Source: Candidatus Cloacimonadales bacterium (lineage in GTDB: Bacteria > Cloacimonadota > Cloacimonadia > Cloacimonadales > JAFGVF01). From it: a DNA stretch of 64,000 nt. The notes beneath the pieces are model-generated. The model searched no databases and had not been told where the DNA came from. It worked only from the letters and a program-made list of their open reading frames with translations. The stretch is from the NCBI GenBank assembly GCA_963667035.1, contig OY762964.1, forward strand, positions 1,472,001-1,536,000, given 5' to 3'. Made by a program: the position numbers and the translations under genes. Each line of letters begins with the position of its first letter. Positions within the stretch are counted from its first letter, which is position 1. Positions 10,906-20,101 of this stretch are shown here, piece after piece.

Positions 10906-13101
10906 CTAATCATGCTTAAGTTTGCTACAATCTTTGTAAAGCCTTATCAGATTATCTTCAGAAAGATCCAGAATTGGTTCATACATGAAAGTATTAAGAT
11001 GTATATTTTCAGGAGTCATTAGACTCACTCTATCAATTATTTCTAGATTGTTGACATTCATTGCAAACTCTTTTTTGTATTGTCTAATCAACATATTAGT
11101 CTGATTAGTCCCTTCTTCTAGCTTAACTAAAAACTCAGTATCACTGATTACAGTTTTCAAAAATTCCTCTGTTTTTAATCTAATGGCTATTGCTAGAACA
11201 ATCTTTCTTTCCAGATTACATGTTACTGAAGGTTTGAGAATGCTTTCTACTACAGACGTAATGACATCAATGACCTTTCTTTCTTTATCGATAAAGCATA
11301 TCTCTGGTTTGTTTGTTTTCAATACTCCTTTATATATTGTTTCTAACTCACCAATTGTTATTGTTTTAGTTAATTCCTTTTGATGCAACAGAGATGTTAG
11401 GGACTTAAAGCTATTTGTTTCAACCGAATTACTAAACTCAATAAGATTTCGCACAAACGGTATCATAGCAATTATCATTGTATCTTCGTTAATCTTACTT
11501 TTGAAATACTTAAACGGATTTTCAATATACACTGATGGATAAAAACTAATATTGTTTTCATTTTTCTTCACCATAAATGACTGCTCCCGTCCAACAAATC
11601 TACTAACTACAGTCCTAAAGAAATCAAAATTATGTGTAAGAATTATTTGATAGAACTTGTCATCCTTGTTTAAGTCGCTTAAGTATTCGATTATGGTATA
11701 TTTATTTTTATAATCGAATGAATCTGCTATATCATCAATAATAAGGAGAGTTTCATTTTCTTGCTTTCTTCTCTCCTCAAGTTCAAAGATTATGTTTAGT
11801 AAATATAATGATCTTCTTTCACCTTGGCTTAAGACTTTGAGTAACTTGTTCTGATCAATTTCTTTTGGATCTTTGCCATCATCATAAATAAACCTAATTT
11901 CAAGAGGACTACCTTTTAGCATTACGTTATCTTGGTTTTTTACTTCTAACTTAAATGGAGGGTGGAATCTGTCTTCAAACTTTTTTAGTGCATTTAACCA
12001 CTGAGTTTCTTCGTCTTTAGCATCTTTGACAATTTGCGAAAGTCTTGCTTTTCCATATCCATATTTTGCTACATAATCATGATACTCGACAATACAAATC
12101 CTAATGTAGTTTAGCCATAATTCCTTCCTAAATTCCTCAATATCTATAAGTTTTGTTATTAAATTAGGATTTTGTTTTAAGAAATCTCTAAAACTTCTTT
12201 GTTTAACATTAGAGAGTTGCTTGTCAATATTGTTAAATGCTTCTGATACTTTTGGGTCTGCTAAAACAAAGTTCAAATCTTCTTGAATCAAATTCTCTAG
12301 TTCCTTATCACTTTTTATCTCTCTGTACTCATCTCCATCAAACAATTGGACATTATGTTTAGCATTGAAAAAACCATTTTTCCCTAAGTTTTTCTGCACT
12401 TCTTTTGCGTTATAATGATTGAAATCACTTCTCAAGTATTTCGTTTTAGATACAACATCAGTATAAGATTCAATGTAGTTTAAGATATTCTGTATAAAAT
12501 CTTTGTTTCGAATAAGTTTCATCACATCTGCATTAAATATTTCATTATATTTAATAGCGACGAACTCTATAGAATCATCAGCTTCAACTTCGTCCTTTAT
12601 TCTATACAGAGCTTCAAACAATTCACCTTCAAAGGCTAGGTTAAACTCATCCTTTACTTTTTTATCAGAACCAGCTCCTTTAATTCCAGATATTTTCTTT
12701 AACTCCTTGAGTAGCTTTACTTGGGCATCATCAATACTTTTTATTATTTCTTCATAATCCTGTTTCAGCCTTTCATTTGCTAGTAAAGTTGACTCTTTTT
12801 CAAAACTATAACTCTCAATATATGGCTTTATAACAAAAACACATTCGGGTACTAAGTATTCATCATCTCCCGACTTAATTTCTCTTAAAGTAGGTCGTTC
12901 CTCGCCATATACTAAATCTGTTGAAGTTTCATTATTGGATAAATCATCAAAGGTCTTTGCAAAAGAGGATTTCATTGACCCATTGGGTGCATAAATCGCT
13001 ATTGATTTTTTCTCATGACCCTCTTTATCATAAAATTTCATTGATTCACATAGTTTTCTAATGCCATAGCAGTTTTCAAGATTTAACATGATTTCCTTCA
13101 T
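10906..13101 (-). CDS. Large ABC/SMC-type ATPase, RloC/AAA_13-like, candidate defence protein
   Basis: Variant Walker A YAPNGSMKSS, coiled-coil middle, LSQGERR signature, Walker B/D-loop LIIDDIADSFD, H-loop ILTHN. Confidence 0.7.
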   Translation of the reverse strand: MKEIMLNLENCYGIRKLCESMKFYDKEGHEKKSIAIYAPNGSMKSSFAKTFDDLSNNETSTDLVYGEERPTLREIKSGDDEYLVPECVFVIKPYIESYSFEKESTLLANERLKQDYEEIIKSIDDAQVKLLKELKKISGIKGAGSDKKVKDEFNLAFEGELFEALYRIKDEVEADDSIEFVAIKYNEIFNADVMKLIRNKDFIQNILNYIESYTDVVSKTKYLRSDFNHYNAKEVQKNLGKNGFFNAKHNVQLFDGDEYREIKSDKELENLIQEDLNFVLADPKVSEAFNNIDKQLSNVKQRSFRDFLKQNPNLITKLIDIEEFRKELWLNYIRICIVEYHDYVAKYGYGKARLSQIVKDAKDEETQWLNALKKFEDRFHPPFKLEVKNQDNVMLKGSPLEIRFIYDDGKDPKEIDQNKLLKVLSQGERRSLYLLNIIFELEERRKQENETLLIIDDIADSFDYKNKYTIIEYLSDLNKDDKFYQIILTHNFDFFRTVVSRFVGREQSFMVKKNENNISFYPSVYIENPFKYFKSKINEDTMIIAMIPFVRNLIEFSNSVETNSFKSLTSLLHQKELTKTITIGELETIYKGVLKTNKPEICFIDKERKVIDVITSVVESILKPSVTCNLERKIVLAIAIRLKTEEFLKTVISDTEFLVKLEEGTNQTNMLIRQYKKEFAMNVNNLEIIDRVSLMTPENIHLNTFMYEPILDLSEDNLIRLYKDCSKLKHD

Positions 13102-13380
13102 AAGTCCTCCATTTTAATATTATTTTTTTCTACGATATAGATGAAGAACTTTTCCTGCAAGCAATTTCTATAATAAAACATAATAAATATCATCGTCCGA
13201 CTCTGCCCCATTCAATTCTAATTTTTCTTTTACTTAACATCTACTAGTCACATACTACTCTCTTTCTCTATGCAGTAAGTTAGTCTTTAGTTGTGATTAA
13301 CTCTATCTTCTTTGTCTTATATTTATTGTATTGGAGCAAGATGAGATTAGATAACATGTTCATTAATTGTTGGGTATCTT

Positions 13381-13661
13381 ACGCCCCTTTAGGGCTAAAA
13401 TGTTTTTCGGGTTTCATTACCCCATGCCAAGGCATGGGGCTATTAAACAGTCGCTCTTTCAGAGCATGATTCTGTAACCATGAAGTAGCGTAAGTTTATT
13501 AGCCACACGCTTGTATCGAGTTATAATACAAAGCTACTGACCTAAACAGATGCTTCTATGGAACATGTTTCTGTAGCCATGAAATGGCGTGAGTTTAATA
13601 GCCACACGCCTTGGCGTGTGGACTAAATAACAAAAATAGAAAAGTCCTATAGGGACGTAAC
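13381..13661. repeat. REP/REPIN-like composite palindromic unit 1
   Basis: Contains CCCCATGCCAAGGCATGGGG and the inverted variant CCACACGCCTTGGCGTGTGG, plus short flanking hairpins. Confidence 0.9.
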
Positions 13662-13754
13662 AGTATGTGTATTTATAAATCATATTAATGGTATTGTCTA
13701 GAAGGTTCGAATAATTCAATAAAAGGAATTGATATCATTATTTATTTATCCACT

Positions 13755-14032
13755 CGCCCTTCATGGCTAAATCTTTTATTCGGGTTCCATTACCCCATGC
13801 CAAGGCATGGGGCTATTAAACAGATGCTCCTCCAGAGCATGATTTTGTAGCCATGAAATGGTGTAAGTTCAATAGCAACACACTTGTATCGAATTATAAT
13901 ACAAAGCTACTGATCTAAACAGATGCTTCTATTGAACATGATTCTTTAGCCATGAAGTGGCGTATGTTCAATAGCCACACGCCTTGGCGTGTGGTTAACA
14001 AACCAGAAAGCAACTCAGCCCTATAGGGGCGT
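13755..14032. repeat. REP/REPIN-like composite palindromic unit 2 (near-tandem copy of unit 1)
   Basis: Same order of modules as 13381-13661, including the TTGTATCGA...ATACAAAGCTACTGA linker. Confidence 0.9.
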
Positions 14033-14036
14033 TGGA

Positions 14037-14480
14037 TTATAGATACTTCTCCTCAAAACAAACACCGAAATCATTTAGGAGATCTTTGTACTCTGTTATG
14101 AAATCCTGATGTTTGTGATGCTCTTCTTGATTTTTAATATACTTTATTAAATGATTTTTCTCTTTCCAATTAACTGTAAATGCTCCATACCCTTTTTGCC
14201 AACCCTCAAACATTGGAAACAACTTTTCTTGCTTGTTAAATGTATTTGTTGCATTTTTTATATGTTTCACTAAATCAGAGACATTCATCTGACAATGAAC
14301 TGAACATAATATATGAATGTGATCTTCCACCATATTAATCTGATAGACATGAGAATTATCATTTCTCATAACCCCACAAATGTAAGATAGAAATCTCTCT
14401 TTGTGTTTTAGTTCTAGAGATCGCATGCGGTTTTTTGTTGAGAACACGATATGGTATACCAATTGAGTGAATGTTGACAT
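14037..14480 (-). mobile_element. tnpA: IS200/IS605-family Y1 HUH transposase (TnpA/RAYT-like), no tnpB
   Basis: YHIVFSTKNR, HUH motif DHIH, WQKGYGAFTV, catalytic YIKNQEEHH; GGAGG RBS before ATG 14480. Confidence 0.93.
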
Positions 14481-14548
14481 AGATAATCCTCCTACAGACA
14501 TTATCATATATAATATTTTGTTTTAACTCATTGGCAATTATATTCTTT

Positions 14549-14884
14549 CACCCCTATAGGGCTTAATCTTTTATGGGATCCAATACCCATGCCAAGGCAT
14601 GGGGCTATTGAACAGATGCTCTTATAGAGCATAATTCTATAGCCATGAAGAGGTGTAATATTAAAAGCCACAAGTCTTGGCATGTGGATTGAAAAGTTGA
14701 ATAGTATGTCGATGACATAGATAATATTATACATTGGCATTGTGATTTTAATATAAAGGTGAGACCTAAACAGATGCTCCTATGGAGTATAATTATTTAG
14801 CCATGAAGTGGCGTAAGTTCAATAGCCACACGCCTTGGCGTGTGGACTAAGTAACAAAATTGAAGAGTCCTATAGGGACGTAAC
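14549..14884. repeat. REP/REPIN-like units upstream of tnpA
   Basis: Same palindrome family, at about 14549-14690 and 14761-14884. Confidence 0.88.
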
Positions 14885-14894
14885 AATAAATGAA

Positions 14895-15176
14895 GAGAGT
14901 ATTCTAAAAAGTGTGTAAACTGATTTATACCAACTCATATATTTCTAGCCTTTTAAAGCAAGTCATTAATTCATTTTTTTATGACTAACCAGTTCGGATA
15001 TGCACTATTCCACCTATTCTCCATAAGGTCTGTTTTACTATCTTGTAAAAGTTCCCTTACAACTCTATCTATTTCTTTTATATTGGGCTTAATCTTCATG
15101 TGTGTGAATCTCCTTTTATTGTTGTAATAATATGCTTAATCGCATATTGAGGTTTACACACTTTTCTTTTTACTCC
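14895..15176 (-). mobile_element. Internally deleted IS256-like remnant / MITE
   Basis: Imperfect terminal IRs sharing AAAAGTGTGTAAAC (14895-14921 and 15151-15176). Internal RBS plus a 42-aa ORF (15099-14971) ending in RWNSAYPNW, which resembles an IS256 transposase C-terminus. Confidence 0.55.
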
Positions 15177-15184
15177 TTTATGCC

Positions 15185-15651
15185 TCCACTCTCACGCTAT
15201 TCACTCGACCAACAACCACATCCAACTTACGAGACTCTTGCATAATTCTTGCTTAAATCTTGCATAACTATGCAAGAATGATGCGAGTTTTTTGTGACAT
15301 GAATGTTTCGATTTTGTGCTTGTTAATCGGGAGCAAAACGGGAGAGAATAACGAGAGGGTTTCTTGGCAAACTCTATCAAAGCATAATCATTCCACTGTT
15401 TTTCCACTGTGCACGCACTATGAACTCAGTGAAACAGCGGGTTGACAGTGCATTCACACTGCCGACACAGTGCAAAAGCAGTGCGTTGGTAAATTGTGAT
15501 GTGAATGAGATTAAGAAGGACATAAAATATGCGTAAATAATTGAAAATTGCACTGAGTATGATTATTTTACCTTAGGATATCCGGTTTCAAGAGAATAAG
15601 GTAATTACCGCATAGTGTTTCATAATGTTAAGGATAGTGAGAGAAGAGAAT
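15185..15651. repeat. ~470-bp dispersed non-coding element, copy 1 (11-bp-phased motifs)
   Basis: Collinear and highly similar to 37869-38342. Confidence 0.95.
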
Positions 15652-15660
15652 GCCGTTGAC

Positions 15661-15821
15661 ATTTATTCGGGATCCAATACCCCATGCCAAGGCATGGGGC
15701 TATTGAACAGATGCTCCTATAGAGCATAATTCTATAGCCATGAAATGGCGTAAGTTCAATAGCCACACGCCTAAGCGTGTGGACTAAATAACAAAATAAA
15801 AAAGTCCTATAGGGACGTAAC
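15661..15821. repeat. REP/REPIN-like unit
   Basis: CCCCATGCCAAGGCATGGGG...AGCCACACGCCTAAGCGTGTGG...GTCCTATAGGGAC. Confidence 0.88.
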
Positions 15822-15994
15822 AATAAATGCATAAATAAAATCTAATCAAAATGAAACAACGAAAACAGAATAAATCCGGTAACTAATTTAGCGATGATTA
15901 TTATTAAATAAAGATGAGTATAGAAAATAATCAGTTTTTATTTGACATAGCGAAACTATGATATTTTATGCAAAAAAGCCATAAAAGGACAATA

Positions 15995-16843
15995 ATGACT
16001 AAGAAAAATAAACGAATAAAGCATAAAAAACCACCATTACAGGATTGGGTTGAAGCGATATTATTTGCATTTGTTGTAGCTATGATAATTAGGAATTACA
16101 CATTCCAGAATTTTAAGATTCCATCCGAATCAATGGTTAAGACTCTGCTTGTCGGAGACTATCTGGTTGCTAACAAGGTTAAATATTTTATTACGGATCC
16201 GGAAAGAGGAGATATTGTTACATTCAGATACCCTGTAGATCCTCCTAATCCTGCTGATTTAAAGGACTCTTCAAATCCGATTGCTAAATATTCCAATAAT
16301 TTAAAGCCATTATATCCACCTTTGTACTTGAACAAAGGAGCTTTTATTGATTTACCGGCTTGGACTCTTTTCGGTATAACTTATTACGCCCCACGAAATG
16401 TTGTGAAGAGAGTAATAGGCATGCCAGGTGACGAAATAGAAATGAGGGATAAAGTCGTTTATATAAACGGAGAACCCTATTCTCCCGAGACAGAGAGTTA
16501 TTACATCCCTGAATATCTAAGACAACAATATAACATGCATATTCGTGAGAATGAATGGGTAGACGGAAGAATGTTTAAGATGAATCTTGATTATTTCGAG
16601 AAGATAAAAGTCCCTGAGAATAAATACTTTGTAATGGGAGATAACAGAGATTACAGTGCTGACAGTCGTTACTGGGGATTTCTTGATAGAGACGATATTA
16701 CCGGAACGCCTGCCTTTATTTTCTTCTCATCAGGAGAAAAACTTTCAGCAGTTGAATATAGAAACAAGCATCCAAGAAGCAATCAAAACCTACCCCCTAA
16801 AAATATTACTCGATGGGACAGGATTTTAAAACTGATAAAGTAA
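15995..16843 (+). CDS. lepB: Signal peptidase I
   Basis: IPSESM catalytic Ser, VKRVIGMPGD, GDNRDYSADSRYWG. Start at 15995 follows an AAGGA RBS; 15968 is the alternative. Confidence 0.95.
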   Translation: MTKKNKRIKHKKPPLQDWVEAILFAFVVAMIIRNYTFQNFKIPSESMVKTLLVGDYLVANKVKYFITDPERGDIVTFRYPVDPPNPADLKDSSNPIAKYSNNLKPLYPPLYLNKGAFIDLPAWTLFGITYYAPRNVVKRVIGMPGDEIEMRDKVVYINGEPYSPETESYYIPEYLRQQYNMHIRENEWVDGRMFKMNLDYFEKIKVPENKYFVMGDNRDYSADSRYWGFLDRDDITGTPAFIFFSSGEKLSAVEYRNKHPRSNQNLPPKNITRWDRILKLIK

Positions 16844-17940
16844 TCCGACATATATATATACATATCCCATTCTGTTTAAAGAAGTGTAGTTATTGCTCTT
16901 TTTATTCAATACCTTACAGTAAGGCTAAAGCCGAAGAATACTGTGAATTTCTCATAAAAGAACTGGAAAACTATAGCAAATCACTTAGAATTGAGCCTGA
17001 AACAATTTACCTTGGAGGAGGAACACCTTCATTGATTGCTCCTGAGATTATAGGAGACATAATTAATAGATTTAGGGCAACAAATCTACGTGAGGTTACT
17101 ATTGAGATTAATCCGGTTTCAGTTAGCCTTGACTATCTTAAGAAACTTAAGAAGACAAAAGTAAACAGAATTAGTATGGGGGTTCAGAGTTTCAATGACA
17201 ACATGCTAAGTGTTTTAGGTAGATTGCATAACAATACAGATACTCATACCGTTTTTAATTGGTTAAGAGAAGCCGGATTCGATAATGTTTCTCTTGACCT
17301 AATTTATGGCACTCCCAAACAAACAGTGGAAGATATAGAAAAAGATATTTACGAGATGTTGAAGCTAAATCCGGAACATATATCCACATATTGTCTGAGT
17401 TTAGGGGATGATGTACCACTAGTAACTCGAAGAGATGAGCTACCGGAAGACAATGAGATTAACAGGATGTATTATATTATCTCAAGAATATTGAGGAAAA
17501 ATGGGTATAAACATTATGAGATTTCTAACTTTAGCAAATCCGGATATGAATCGAAGCATAATCTTGCATACTGGAAACTTAATGATTACTTAGGATTAGG
17601 TGCGGCAGCATGTGGCTTAGTAGACAAAGCTCATTATTGTAATCCACCGGATATAAATGAGTACTATGAAAAGGTTCAAAACGATATAAAGTATCCCGGT
17701 AGAGAGAAAATGAGTAGAGTTTTAATGCAATCGGAGTATATTATAATGAATTTGAGAACTGAAGAAGGAATGAGAATAACTGATTTCAACTCAAGATTCG
17801 ATTGTGACTTTCTTGATTATTATAAAGACAGCCTGGATAAAGTAAGACCATTTATAAGTTTTAGAAATGGTAGGATAAGAATTAAAAGGAGTTACTGGTT
17901 TGTTTCTAACAGTATCCTTGAGGAATTTGTAGAGGTATAA
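16813..17940 (+). CDS. hemW: Radical SAM heme chaperone HemW (HemN-like)
   Basis: YIHIPFCLKKCSYCSF, GGGTPS, YEISNF, HNLAYW. Start uncertain. Confidence 0.9.
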   Translation: MGQDFKTDKVIRHIYIHIPFCLKKCSYCSFYSIPYSKAKAEEYCEFLIKELENYSKSLRIEPETIYLGGGTPSLIAPEIIGDIINRFRATNLREVTIEINPVSVSLDYLKKLKKTKVNRISMGVQSFNDNMLSVLGRLHNNTDTHTVFNWLREAGFDNVSLDLIYGTPKQTVEDIEKDIYEMLKLNPEHISTYCLSLGDDVPLVTRRDELPEDNEINRMYYIISRILRKNGYKHYEISNFSKSGYESKHNLAYWKLNDYLGLGAAACGLVDKAHYCNPPDINEYYEKVQNDIKYPGREKMSRVLMQSEYIIMNLRTEEGMRITDFNSRFDCDFLDYYKDSLDKVRPFISFRNGRIRIKRSYWFVSNSILEEFVEV

Positions 17941-19190
17941 TGAAAAAGTATTTATTACTGCTAGCTATAACAATACTAATTGTTACTTTAAAAGCAGATA
18001 TTTTAATCCCGATGGATGATACTCAAAATAATCATCTCAAAGCTTATGGGGTTGCATTCCATTGTTTGAGTCAAGGCACCGAAGTTCAATGGCTATTGAA
18101 CTATCGTGGAGGATCTTTCCTCATGGAAGATAGAGAATATATTATAGCCAGATGTAGGATAACGGGTGTCAGTTTTGAGAGAGTAAATTCATCAGATGTA
18201 GCTGTAATTATGCAGACAATTCAAGATAACAATATGGAATCGGTTAAACTAGAAAAGGAGCCAACTATAGCAGTTTATGCTCCACCTAATTTCCAACCTT
18301 GGGATGATGCTGTTACCATGGCTTTAACGTACGCAGAAATTAAGTTTGATATTATCTGGGACGATGAAGTTCTTACCGGTCAACTCTCTCAATATGACTG
18401 GTTACATTTACATCATGAGGATTTTACAGGGCAATATGGAAAATTCTATAGTTCTTATAGGAACACTGATTGGTATAAAACTACTGTTTCTGTTAATGAA
18501 CAAATGGCTAGTAAACACGGATTCCCTAAAGTTTGGATGTTAAAGCATGCTGTAGCCGCCAAGATTAAAGAATTTGTGGTTAATGGAGGATTCCTGTTTG
18601 CTATGTGTGCTGCAGTAGATACTATTGATATTGCTCTCGCATCAATGAATGTAGACGTAGTACCGGCAGAGTTTGACGGTGATGGTTTCGATCCAAATTA
18701 CAAGCAGAAACTCGATTTTGATAGTACTTTTGCTTTTGAGAACTTTAATTTAATCACTAATCCGATGGATTACGAATTCTCCGATATTGATGCTAGTAAT
18801 TATGCTAAGTTACGTGGTGCAGAAGCTGATTACTTTCAACTCTTTGATTTCTCGGCGAAGTATGATCCCGTACCAACAATGCTTACTCAATGTCATGTAA
18901 ACATTATTAACGGTTTTTTGGGACAGACAACTTCGTTCCATAAGAATAAGATAAAAGAGAGTGTCGTAATACTATCTGAAGTCCCACAAGCAGATGAAGT
19001 CAAATATCTACATGGGAATCTTGGAAAAGGGACTTTTACTTTTTACGGTGGTCATGATCCGGAAGATTACCAACATAGAATCGGTGACCCCGAAACAGTT
19101 TTAGATTTACATAAAAACTCTCCCGGTTATAGATTGATTCTGAATAATGTTCTATTCCCGGCAGCAGAAAAGAAAAAATTGAAAACCTGA
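17940..19190 (+). CDS. Conserved exported protein (family often labelled 'asparagine synthetase B'-like; function unknown)
   Basis: Signal peptide, NHLKAYG, WLHLHHEDFTGQYGKF, FAMC, GGHDPEDY, NSPGYRLILNNVLFPAA. Confidence 0.7.
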   Translation: MKKYLLLLAITILIVTLKADILIPMDDTQNNHLKAYGVAFHCLSQGTEVQWLLNYRGGSFLMEDREYIIARCRITGVSFERVNSSDVAVIMQTIQDNNMESVKLEKEPTIAVYAPPNFQPWDDAVTMALTYAEIKFDIIWDDEVLTGQLSQYDWLHLHHEDFTGQYGKFYSSYRNTDWYKTTVSVNEQMASKHGFPKVWMLKHAVAAKIKEFVVNGGFLFAMCAAVDTIDIALASMNVDVVPAEFDGDGFDPNYKQKLDFDSTFAFENFNLITNPMDYEFSDIDASNYAKLRGAEADYFQLFDFSAKYDPVPTMLTQCHVNIINGFLGQTTSFHKNKIKESVVILSEVPQADEVKYLHGNLGKGTFTFYGGHDPEDYQHRIGDPETVLDLHKNSPGYRLILNNVLFPAAEKKKLKT

Positions 19191-19191
19191 G

Positions 19192-20100
19192 GTGCTTATG
19201 TCTGAATTCTACAAAGATAAAAAGAAAACGGAAGCAAAAGTAGGATTAACTCTACTCTTTGCAGTTATTGTTATCATTATTGGCTATGCTTGGTTAACTA
19301 ATAGTCTCAAGAAAGGTCAAATGAATGAACTTACAGTTGCCTTTCCGGATGCTGCAAGATTAGAAAAAGGTGACGGAGTACTATTCAGAGGAGTCTATTG
19401 CGGAGTTGTTGATGATGTAACCCTCGAAGATAGCCGTGTGTTAGTGAAGTCATATATTGATAAAGGATACAATATTCCTGAAGGCAGTACATATCTCATA
19501 AAAGATAAAAGCATGATGGGGGGACATATTTTAGAGATAATCCCAAGTAATCATGACAGGTACATTGATTATGCGGAAATTCAAAAAGGTAATGTTGAAC
19601 CCGGTATCTTCAGTGCTGTTAAACAAGCTTCATTGTTAATGGAAAACTTGGAAAACCTAATCTGGCGACTTTCCAAAGAAGACGGTATGATTTCCCAATT
19701 TGAAGATACTTCCGAGCAACTAAATGAAATCACTAATATTGCTAATGATTTAATTAAAACTAATAAAGAAGCAATAAATACGGCAATGGAAAACTTGAAT
19801 TTGAGCATTGCAAAGATTGATTTCCTGTTATCAAAGAATGTGGAAAACATTGATAATACTCTCACTAATGTACCATTACTGTTAAATGAATCCAGAGAAG
19901 CAATTAAAGATTTGAATGCATCGGTTAATTCATTGAATGAGATTAGTGAATTACTGAAGAAAGAGGAAGGGTCTGCAGGAAAACTTCTGAATGACGATGA
20001 ACTCTATAACTCAATGGTAAAAACTATAAGTCATGCTGATTCATTATTGCATGAGATAAAAAAGCATCCAAGAAAATATTTGAAAATAAGTGTGTTCTAA
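19192..20100 (+). CDS. MlaD/MCE family protein
   Basis: N-terminal TM, MCE domain, helical tail ending GSAGKLLNDDELY...HPRKY. Confidence 0.88.
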   Translation: MLMSEFYKDKKKTEAKVGLTLLFAVIVIIIGYAWLTNSLKKGQMNELTVAFPDAARLEKGDGVLFRGVYCGVVDDVTLEDSRVLVKSYIDKGYNIPEGSTYLIKDKSMMGGHILEIIPSNHDRYIDYAEIQKGNVEPGIFSAVKQASLLMENLENLIWRLSKEDGMISQFEDTSEQLNEITNIANDLIKTNKEAINTAMENLNLSIAKIDFLLSKNVENIDNTLTNVPLLLNESREAIKDLNASVNSLNEISELLKKEEGSAGKLLNDDELYNSMVKTISHADSLLHEIKKHPRKYLKISVF

Positions 20101-20101
20101 T

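Noticed and set aside
15201..15445. 61-68 aa ORFs inside the 470-bp element (also 37892-38136)
   Set aside because: Overlapping ORFs on both strands, no convincing RBS, and an 11-bp periodicity that does not fit codon structure. They recur only because the DNA is repeated.
13381..15821. CRISPR array
   Set aside because: Units are long, composite and in both orientations, spacing is irregular and there are no cas genes. A Y1 transposase with REPs fits better.
13534..15832. Short ORFs across the REP units (13534-13719, 14528-14740, 15620-15832)
   Set aside because: Translations of palindromic repeats with no protein-like features.
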